Shown here piece by piece: positions 1-11,000 of a DNA stretch of 64,000 bases. Position numbers and translations under genes: made by a program. The DNA is from Pecten maximus (Eukaryota): NCBI RefSeq assembly GCF_902652985.1, contig NC_047021.1, positions 27,466,001 to 27,530,000 on the forward strand. Reading direction: 5' to 3'. The notes under the pieces were generated by a model that was given only the letters and a program-made list of their open reading frames with translations, had not been told where the DNA came from and did not search any database. Each line of letters opens with the position of its first letter. Within the stretch, counting starts at the first letter, position 1.

Positions 1-57
1 TTTGAAAAATCTCATCCCACTCAGAATAAATGATGTTGGAACTCTCTTCTGTTACAG

Positions 58-248
58 CTCCCGGAGCAAGTTTAAAACCAGGAAGGTGTCCTCGTCCAAG
101 TTACATCCGGGCAAGGGGAGGTGGAGGTAGAAGGTATGAATGTAACACCGATTACGGTTGTAGTGGCAGAAATATATGTTGCCATGGATACAGAATCAGT
201 CGTTGTATGCGTCCCCGCCGTCCGCGTCAATACCCACGAAAGTACTAG
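58..248 (+). CDS. Terminal exon of a WAP (four-disulfide core)-like, Arg-rich protein; upstream exons lie outside the window
   Basis: Acceptor ctctcttctgttacag ends at 57 (phase 1). Translation KPGRCP...C-NTDYG-C-SGRNI-CC-HGYRISR-C-MRP matches WAP spacing (KPGxCP, CxxDxxC, CC). Stop at 246-248; AATAAA at 372-377. Confidence 0.7.
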
Positions 249-852
249 ATGATGTACTCCTCCGAGTAATACAAACAAAAAACAAAAAAACGGGATTATC
301 GGGATCTTACCGTCCATATCATGCGTTGTATAAAATAGTCTACTGTGATCTGTACATTATGAAATCTTTGTAATAAAATATATCGTTTTAAAAGTTCTAG
401 AGGTTGTTTCCGTTATTATTTAAGTTGTTTTAAAACTAAAGAAGTAAGCGAAGTAAGCGGAATTCAGTTCCGGACTTTCAACGTGGATAATAACCTCATT
501 GCAACAACAGAGCCATGCATATTACGTGGAGACACCAATATGTAGACAAAACAGAAACAAAGGGGCTGACAGGAGAAGGACGAATAGACAGGAAAGAAAG
601 GTAAGACAAAGGAACACCAATCATTTTTGTCCACAAAGCAGTAGACGGAAGAACTTTCAGTCGCCGCTCACGATCAATAAACAGCCCAATACGCTAGGCC
701 ACAATGTCCTTTGAACAGAAGATGGCCGACATTGAATTGATCCTGCAGGAGGGAAGGTAGGTCGGGTATGTAATGGGTTTGAAATCTTGTGTTTTCTCTT
801 TTTAGATAAAACCGAAGTCTTCCTTTTATAGCTTTTTTCATGATTCTTTACA

Positions 853-885
853 CCACACACACACACACACTCACACACACACACA
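853..885. repeat. (CA)n microsatellite
   Basis: Visible directly, with one interruption. Confidence 0.95.
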
Positions 886-1232
886 GCCCATTGGCCTTAA
901 ACAACCCTAGTTCTGACATCTGCGTAAACTTTCATTCGTTGGTATGCTGGGCTAACTACATATAATACTTATTCTCGCTTTCTTCTAGAGACTTTCTTTA
1001 CTGAAATTATATATGATGTTCATCTATGCTGCATCAATGAAATATAGATGAGCCAGAAGGAAAGCACGTGTAACAAAAGGCACAATACGCAATCACGCAT
1101 ACACAAATCTCAAACGGTTGTGACATTTTACCCTCGAATAAATGTCTACACAAACACATTCACGATCTTTGTTTAATCATTCCTTTTTTTAGGAATCTTA
1201 TAAAATATGTTACAATTTCTGTTCAAACTTTA

Positions 1233-3954
1233 AACAAGAGGCCCAATGGGCCTGTATCGCTCACCTGGCTCTACAGCAAATTTGCAGTTGATTGAGGTCA
1301 TTTCTACAAATACTATGCTGATAACCACTTTATTCAAATATCAGAGTAAGTTGGTTAATTCATGTCAATATATTTTATAGTCCCTTATTCCTGCATACTA
1401 TTGGCCTAAGATCGGGTTTTGGTGACTCTTGGCTCTAAGCATGCTACAGACAGGCCCAATATCAAGTCCCTGGGCCTCTTGGTTATTGAGAAGAAGTTGT
1501 TTAAAGATTATAGCCTATTTGACCCATGTGGCTTCGAATGAAGGTCAATGTCATTTAATTAAACAAACTTGGTAGCCCTTCACCCCAGAATGCTACAGGC
1601 CCAATATCAAGTCCCTGGGCTTTTTGGTTATTGAGAAGTCGTTTACAGATTATAACCTATTTGACCCATGTGACTTTGAATGAAGGTCAAGGTCATTTAT
1701 TTGAACAAACTTGGTAGCCCTTCAACCCAGCATGCTACCGGCGCCCTTCAACCCAGCATGCTACAGGCCAAATATCAACTTCCTTGGCCTCTTGGTTATT
1801 GGGAAGAAGTCGTTTTGAAATTATAACCTATTTGACCCATGTGACCTTGAATGACGGTCATGGTCATTAACTTTAACAAACTTGGTAACGCTTCACCCCA
1901 GCATGCTACAGGCCTAATATCAAGTACCTAGGCCTCTTGGTTATTGAGAAGAAGTAGTTTGAAGATTAAATCCTATTTGACCCATGTGACCTTGAATGAA
2001 GATCAAGGTCATTTATTTTAACAAACTTGGTACCCCTTCAACCCAGCATGCTACAGCGCCAATATCAAGTTCCTGGGCCTCTTGGTTATTGAGAAGAAGT
2101 CGTTTGAAGATTATAGCTTATTTGAGCCATGTGACCTTGAATGAAGGTCAAGGTCATTTATTTTAACAAACTTGGTAGACCTTCTTGAGAAGAAGTTGTT
2201 TGAAGATTAGAGCCTATTTGACCCATGTGACCTTGAATGAAGGTCAATGGCATTTATTTTAACAAACTTGGTAGCCCTTCACCCCAGCATGCTACATGCC
2301 CAATATCAAGTCCGTGGGCCTCTTGGTTATTGAGAAGAAGTTGTTTGAAGATTATAGCCTATTTCCCATGTGACCTTGAATGAAGGTCAAGGGTATTTAT
2401 TTGAACAAACTTGGTTGCCCTTCACCCCAGCATGCTACAGGCCCAATATCAAATCCCTGGGCCTCTTGGTTATTGAGAAGAACTTCTTTGAAGATTATAA
2501 CCTATTTGACCCATGTGAACTTGAATGAAGGTCAAGGTAATTTATTTTAACAAACTTGGTAGCCCTTCACCCCAGCATGCTACAGGCCCAATATCAAGTT
2601 CCTGGGCCTCTTGGTTATTGAGAAGAAGTCGTTTGAAGATTATAGCTTATTTAAGCCATGTGACCTTGAATGAAGGTCAAGGTCATTTATTTTAACAAAC
2701 TTGGTAGACCTTCTTGAGAAGAAGTCGTTGGAAGATTATAGCTTATTTGACCCATGTGACCTTGAATGAAGGTCAAGGTCATTTATTTGAACAAACTTCG
2801 TACCCCTTCCTCCCAGAATGCTACAGGCCCAATATCATGTCCCTGGGCCTCTTGGTTATTAAGAAGTTGTTTGAAGATTAGAGCCTATTTGACCCATGTG
2901 ACCTTGAATGAAGGTCAATGCCATTTATTTTAACAAACTTGGTAGCCCTTCACCCCAGCATGCTACATGCCCAATATCAAGTCCGTGGGCCTCTTGGTTA
3001 TTGAGAAGAAATTGTTTGAAGATTATAGCCTATTTCCCATGTGACCTTGAATGAAGGTCAAGGTCATTTATTTGAACAAAGTTGGTACCCCTTCACCCCA
3101 GCATGCTACAGACCCAATATCATGTCCCTGGGCCTCTTGGTTATTGAGAAGAAGTTATTTGAAGATTATAGCCTATTTGACCCATGTGACCTTGAATGAA
3201 GGTCAAGGTCATTTATTTGAACAACTTGGTAGCCCTTCAAGCCAGCATGCTACAGCCCCAATATCAAGTTCCTGTGCCTCTTGGTTATTGAGAAGTCGTT
3301 TTGAAATTATAACCTATTTGACCCATGTGACCTTGAATGAAGGTCAAGGGTATTTATTTGAACAAACTTGGTTGCCCTTCACCCCAGCATGCTACAGGCC
3401 CAATATCAAATTTCTGGGCCTCTTGGTTATTGAGAAGAACTTCTTTGAAGATTATAACCTATTTGACCCATGTGAACTTGAATGAAGGTCAGGGTAATTT
3501 ATTTTAACAAACTTGTAGCCCTTCACCCCAGCATGCTACAGGCCCAATATCAAGTCCCTGGGCCTCTTGGTTATTGAGAAGAAGTCGTTTGAAGATTATA
3601 GCCTATTTGAGCCATGTGACCTTGAATGAAGGTCAAGGTCATTTATTTTAACAAACTTGGTAGCCCTTCACCCCAGCATGCTACAGGCCCAATATCAAGT
3701 CCCTGGGCCTCTTAGTTATTGAGAAGAACTTCTTTGAAGATTATAACCTATTTGACCCATTTGAACTTGAATGAAGGTCAAGGTAATTTATTTTAACAAA
3801 CTTGGTAGCCCTTCACCCCAGCATGCTACAGGCCCAATATCAAGTCCCTGGGCCTCTTGGTTATTGAGAAGAAGTCGTTTGAAGATTATAGCCTATTTGA
3901 GCCATGTTACCTTGAATGAAGGTCAAGGGTATGGTCGGGCAGGTGAGCTAAAAA
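1233..3954 (+). mobile_element. Non-autonomous Helentron/Helitron-like element with an internal ~145-bp satellite array
   Basis: 5' end aacaagaGGCCCaatGGGCC hairpin followed by subterminal repeat gctcacctg (1259-1267). 3' end caggtgagc (3940-3948) followed by taaaaa. Interior is tandem ~145-bp units. This architecture is typical of bivalve satellite-carrying Helentrons. Confidence 0.8.
1430..3930. repeat. ~145-bp tandem satellite (roughly 17-18 units, two with the same internal deletion)
   Basis: Recurring gacccatgtgaccttgaatgaaggtcaaggtcatttatttgaacaaacttggtagcccttcaccccagcatgctacaggcccaatatcaagtccctgggcctcttggttattgagaagaag. Confidence 0.95.
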
Positions 3955-4034
3955 TGATTCCATCAAAAACTGTTTTGGTGCCTACAAATTAAAAAGAGCA
4001 AGTAAAAACAAAACACTGTGCTTTTGTATTTGAT

Positions 4035-4040
4035 TTTATT
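4035..4040 (-). terminator. Probable FBXL13 polyadenylation signal (AATAAA)
   Basis: tttatt on the + strand about 1 kb past the stop codon, followed on the - strand by GT/T-rich sequence. Confidence 0.5.
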
Positions 4041-4215
4041 TTAAATGCGTTCCCAAATGACACCAATATCTTTAACATAATTGGAACATTGCTTCCTTTG
4101 GTTGCTTCAAGAAGGATTGGTGCTGTTACATGAGTTAGGATACATCAATGAGTGGTGCATTTACCTAGTCAATTTACAGCAGTTATAACTAATGAAGGCA
4201 CAGGTTGTATATTAC

Positions 4216-4487
4216 AAGGTGTATCACAAGGTGTATCACAAGGTACTTATAAATATACAACTCACTGTTCCGTAAGGTCCCAGCATGTATCACAAGGTAC
4301 TTATAAATATACAACTCGCTGTTCTGTAAGGTCCCCGCGTGTATCACAATGTACTTATAAATATACAACTCACTGTTCCGTAAGGTCCCAGCGTATATCA
4401 CAATGTATTTATAAATATACAACTCACTGTTCCGTAAGGTCCCACGGTGTATCACAAGGTACTTATAAATATACAACTCGCTGTTCC
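4216..4487. repeat. 60-bp tandem repeat (~4.5 copies) in the presumed FBXL13 3' UTR
   Basis: Unit gtatcacaaggtacttataaatatacaactcactgttccgtaaggtcccagc..; 20-aa periodicity in the overlapping ORFs. Confidence 0.95.
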
Positions 4488-5017
4488 ATTAATTGGTAGT
4501 GCTGTATAAATACTGATATCTGCCTCTGTGTGACTTTTTGGCTTCAAAGCAGAAGTGTTTGTCTTATAATCATATCATAATTACTGCTTTGCATTTTGAT
4601 ATCAAACAAAATATGGGGAAAAAATGGAAAAGATTCCAAGACACTGTGAGATATTATATATAACGGAATGATATGAGATATTATATATCAGAAAGATTTC
4701 AGCAGTGACGTTCCGTCAGTAGTGACGTTCTGTACCTTACTGTCCCATACAGAATATTACTATCCTGATGAAGACTATATGTCGGTACATGAAGTGGATG
4801 TGGGTGCCACAGTTGTCATCCGACGTGAAATACAGAGATGACTATCACAGACTATTGTACAGACATTGGTCTGCTGCGGAGTCGACTGGTAACACTAACC
4901 AGGGTATCCAGTCATTACTGTGCTAGCAGTCTTTGTACTTTGTCATAGTATATTCATATACATGTCAATAACATGTCAATAACTGGGTGTCTTGTCTGGT
5001 CCAGGGTTTGACTTTTT

Positions 5018-8000
5018 TCATCCAACATAACCATAGTATGGTGGGATGTCATCGTTACTGTACTTAACCACCTCTACGCTCCGCATCATTTTCTGTGCAG
5101 AGGATCTGCAACAAATCAAATGACGATTAATGATGCTACTATGAAATCATATTTACATGACAAGGAATTTAACAAGAGATCCCAGATCAATCCTGATGCC
5201 TACCATTGAATGATCTTTACTGTTTCTATGTTAGGCTAATTTTTTCTCACTATTTTTCCTTTTTCCCGCCTTTTCCTCATTATCATTTGATAGTAAAAAT
5301 TGAGAGGACACAACTAAGGACCAAGAGAAACCTTTATAATTGTGAAGTTTGAAAAATATCTGACTAGTACTTCTCAAGAAATAGCGACCGCAAAGGTTAT
5401 TTTTTTAAAGGACGAAGGCTCACCATATGAAGATTAGGCTAAAAATTTTAATCTATATAACATATAGATCCACTATCAGCTACATACTAAGTATGACAGC
5501 CTTTCTGTCACCACAGATACAATATAACCCTTGACAGTAGGTGTGACATTGTGTACTTACTTGGGTATTCCTTTACAATATAGGATAGTCAGGCTGTGCA
5601 GCTTTTTACATCCTTTCCTCAGATACTTTAAGGCTTTTTCTCTGTAAACAAATCATATTTTGTTCTCATTTTAAGTACTTCTTCTAATGGCTACTCTAGT
5701 AAAACACACACCTACAAAGGACTCCAGAAATAAAGGAAATATACACATGGTGGGTGCTAGTCTCTGAATTAAATCACTTTGGCAAACATAGAGTCCTCCC
5801 ATGCGGTAGATATTTTACTAGAATAGCTCTAATACTTAAGCTTTCTTCATATAAAAATCAATTTTATCATCTTTACCCAATAACATTATCAAATATTGAG
5901 CCTTCCCAGATATCTGTTTTCACCTTGAAAACAATCCCCATTTTTATCAAGGTCTGATAATTTACATATACATTTTGTGTATTATCAAATACTTATTCCA
6001 TATACAAAAACCTTTTTAACCTATACTAACACTGAACATGAATAGATAACTAACAGTAAATCAGTAACTAAGCAACTATTTTTTGTTATTTCTATTAATA
6101 ATTGGGTAAAATAATTCTGATGCTATCTTTAGAAAGTCATTCATACTTATGTATACATACGTGACAAGGAGACAGCCACTAATATCAAGGCTATACATGT
6201 AGTGGCATACTCCAGACAGGTACTGGATACTCAGGTTAGTCACCTGTAACGAGTAAATACAACATTACACTCCAGACAGGTACTGGATACTCAGGTTAGT
6301 CACCTGTAACAAGTAAATACAACATTACACTCCAGACAGGTACTGGATACTCAGGTTAGTCACCTGTAATGGTAAATACAACATTACACTCCAGACAGGT
6401 ACTGGATACTCAGGTTAGTCACCTGTAACAAGTAAATACAACATTACACTCCAGACAGGTACTGGATACTCAGGTTAGTCACCTGTAATGGTAAATACAA
6501 CATTACACTCCAGACAGGTACTGGATACTCAGGTTAGTCACCTGTAACAAGTAAATACAACATTACACTCCAGACAGGTACTGGATACTCAGGTTAGTTA
6601 GTCACCTGTAACGAGTAAATACAACATTACACTCCAGACAGGTACTGGATACTCAGGTTAGTCACCTGTAACGAGTAAATACAACATTACACCCCAGACA
6701 GGTACTGGATACTCAGGTTAGTCATCTGTAACGAGTAAATACAACATTACACTCCAGACAGGTACTGGATACTCAGGTTAGTCACCTGTAACGAGTAAAT
6801 ACAACATTACACTCCAGACAGGTACTGGATACACAGGTTTGTCATCAATAATAGATGATGACAAAATTACACTCTGTTCATATATATTCCCATATCAGTC
6901 TTTATAAGATTTATGTGGTATGACTCACCAGCTTACATCCAGCCACATTCAGAACATTCAACATTCTACAGCAAAATGCCAGGTTCTTAATTGCACCATC
7001 TGTTATTCCCTATAAAGATAATGAATCATATAGGTGTAAGATTTCAATTTCAATGAATTAGCATGAAAATACCATACATAATAAAATAAAGCATTTTATA
7101 TACTGTATTGTGAAGCAAGTCTGCTTTATTATGTAAATATCAGAATACTATTTTTACCCAAATTAATTCTCATTATCATTCTCATCATGAACATATTACC
7201 ATTCCATAAACACTTTATAATCAATAAAATAATATAATTCCTTTTCAATATTCTTTAATAGATTAATAGTGTACACCAAGATATACTTTGAAATGTAGAT
7301 AGAAGCCTGAGCAGTTTATGCACTATTAGTACATGTTAGTTTCATTGTATATAACATGACATACCACACAGTGAGACAGGTCCAGACGCTCGATATCCTT
7401 ACACTGCTGGGTAAACTTCTGTAGACCCAGATCTGTGATAGAGGTACACTCTGACAAGGTCACATCCTTCAGGCGAGTGTTGTTTCCAAGAGCAGATAAC
7501 CCCTGTGCAAATACAAAACGGAAGTCCTTTTGGAATTATTATGTTAAAATAATGGAATTCATGTATACACTGAATGTTAAATTATTGAAAAATTTCTTTT
7601 GATATGCTTCATTTTTTTCATTAGGCATGAGTACGGATATCAAAATTTATTAATAAAACAGGTATTCAAATGGGAAAAATACAACTTTGAAAGTTATGCA
7701 CCAATCTCCCACTGTTCCAATACTTCAGTCCTGTTATATGTTCGTTTTCCAATTTTTCTGACTAACATCACTAAATGAACATGCTGACATGTAGGCTATT
7801 TCTTGTTAAATCATAGTTGTTTCATGGTGCCTTGGTAATATCGACTTGCATCGTCTTACCCAACCCTATACACACAACTGTATTTTAAATATGAGATGAT
7901 GTGTCCTTACATTATCGCCACAGTTACAGCCTGTTAGGTCAATGGAGGTGAGGCTGTGTATCTGACCCAGTAGTTCCACTCCGGCCTCCGCAATGTGTTC

Positions 8001-11000
8001 ACAATAACACACACTCAGGTGGGTCAGCGAGTGGCACCTAAACATATAAAGATAAACTCAATCATTTGTCAGGGGACCTAAACATCTAACTCAAAATTGC
8101 TCTCAAAATTTTTGTCAGAGGGTCTAAATAGAAAAAAAAAAGATTTTTTCATGTTTTATCATACATGTACGTTAGAGGGTCTAATCTTGAAAAATATTAA
8201 AACCACAATGTGACATTTTTTTTAAAGCAGATTTCACTAAATACCACATACTTTCTGAGGGCAATCAGTGACATATCCCCCACTCGGATACAGTTGGTAA
8301 GGTTGAGCTCACGGATCTTTTGTGTGGCTGGCCCTTCTACCAGGCCCTTTACTCCACTGTCTGTTACTCTGCAGCAAATGACATCAAAAATTAGGTTTAT
8401 ACCAAAGTCAAACAACCAATATCCAAAATTAGGTTTATACCACAGTCTAGTTTTGTTATGTAAAATATAGCATTGCTAGTTTTATGATTATATTTTATTG
8501 ATTCAGGAAACGTCAGACAAATATGGTAAAATTTAAAATGATAAATCATGATAATTTCTAACCTGACAACATCTGCCACATTACACACGACCAGGTTTTT
8601 ACAGTTACTGAGGGCCTTCAGTGACAGGTCAGTCAGTTTCTGACAGTCCCCAACATAGATGTGCTCTAACTGGGTACAATTCTTCCCAATCACCTTCAGA
8701 CTCTGGTCAGAAATCCTGTGGTTACCTAGCAAAGGATAAAAACTGCAGTGTCAACATTTCATCTTATTTCTGTGGTTACCTAGCAAAAGGATAAAAACTG
8801 CAGTGTCAACATTTCATCTTATTTCTGTGGTTAACTAGCAAAGGATAAAAACTGCAGTGTCAACATTTTATCTTATTTCTGTGGTTACCTAGCAAAGGAT
8901 AAAAACTGCAGTGTCAACATTTAATCTTATAAGACAATTGTTATCACTTTACCAGCATAAAATTGATCCAACCACAAAATATATCATGATGACAATAATT
9001 TTTTTTCTGAATTTGAAAATAAGCTGATCAGTTCCATATTTTATGACAACTACATGTAACCCTGGTTTCAAGAGAAGGAATGTTTAATATAATTTAAAAC
9101 AGAAACAAATCAGTTTGACAATGACAGACATTTGATTTGCAAGATCCCATCACTAAAGTTAGCAATTAATAAGAGCATTTTGACAAGCAAATATTTAATT
9201 CTTTGCCAATTGAAGTTCCACTAATAGTTTGCCAAAGTGTTGTCTTGATTTTATTTGTCACAAACATTTTTCATTTAGAAGAAAAATATACCATATCTTC
9301 TAACAAAATAAGTGTCCATAGTTCCACAGCTTCTGTTTCATCATTTCATTTTATGCTTACCCTCAATTCGGAGTTTCTTTAGCTTCCCACGCTGAGCCAA
9401 ACGTCGGAACGATTCATCAGTAAGTAATGGGGAACCCAGGATAGAAATATTTTGTAACTTGAAGCACTTGGCAGTGATAGGCTGAAAAAAATTATTGACT
9501 GGTGAATACTTAGTGAAAATAGTACTTTCTCGAAAAGAATGTGTGGCCATCTTCATCACACTATCCTAATAACAGAAGTATCCAATGGCTATTAATTACA
9601 TTATATTAAAAGGATGGACTTACTTAGTTTTAAAATATGAGCTCAAGATAAGGTAAAGAAAAGGCAGGGATATAGACTTACTTTAAGGCAGTCATCGTTT
9701 AATGTTGCAAAGTCATTGAGGATAAGGGTATGCATGTTTGTACAGCCAGCGGCAAGGTTCTGGAAACCTTCGGGAGTCACCTGAAAACGAAACAATGAAG
9801 TCAGGAAATGGATAACACTTATGCTTATAAATGATAATTTTAAATTAGGCAAACCTTCAGTATAAAAAGAAACAACATATAATATACATATTATGTCTTA
9901 TTCTTAAGTATTGCTGCATTTGTACCAAAGGGATGATACAGGTACTTACTGAAGGCATGACAGATTTACCTGTAGACAGCCAGAGAGATCCAGGTATTTA
10001 CTGAGGGTATGATTTACCTGTAGACAGCCAGAGAGATCCAGGTATTTACTGAAGGTATGATTTACCTGTAGACAGCCAGAGAGATCCAGGTATTTACTGA
10101 AGGTATGATTTACCTGTAGACAGCCAGAGAGATCCAGGTATTTACTGAGGGTGTGATTTACCTGTAGACAGCCAGAGTGATCCAGGTATTTACTGAGGGT
10201 GTGATTTAACTGTAGACAGCCAGAGAGATCCAGGTATTTACTGAGGGTATGATTAACCTGTAGACAGCCAGAGAGATCCAGGTATTTACTGAGGGTATGA
10301 TTTACCTGTAGACAGCCAGAGAAATCCAGGTATTTACTGAAGGTATGATTTACCTGTAGACAGCCAGAGACATTCAGGTATTTACTGAGGGTATGATTTA
10401 CCTGTAGACAGCCAGAGAGATCCAGGTATTTACTGAAGGTATGATTAACCTGTAGACAGCCAGAGAGATCCAGGTATTTACTGAAGGTATGATTTACCTG
10501 TAGACAGCCAGAGAGATCCAGGTATTTACTGAAGGTATGATTTACTTTTGACAGCCAGAGAAATCCATGTATTTACTGAGGGTATGATTTACCTGTAGAC
10601 AGCCAGAGAGATCCAGGTATTTACTGAAGGTATGATTTACCTGTAGACAGCCAGAGAGATCCCACTATTTACTGAGGGTATGATTTACCTGTAGACAGCC
10701 AGAGAGATCCAGGTATTTACGGAGGGTATGATTTACCTGTAGACAGCCAGAGAGATCCAGGTATTTACTGAGGGTATGATTTACCTGTAGACAGCCAGAG
10801 TGATCCAGGTATTTACTGAGGGTGTGATTTAACTGTAGACAGCCAGAGAGATCCAGGTATTTACTGAGGGTATGATTAACCTGTAGACAGCCAGAGAGAT
10901 CCAGGTATTTACTGAGGGTATGATTTACCTGTAGACAGCCAGAGAAATCCAGGTATTTACTGAAGGTATGATTTACCTGTAGACAGCCAGAGAGATCCAG

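Noticed and set aside
3051-3992. ORFs of 144 and 73 aa
   Set aside because: They are chance open frames through satellite monomers.
4152-4499. 115-aa and 95-aa repetitive ORFs
   Set aside because: They are products of the 60-bp tandem repeat in the 3' UTR region.
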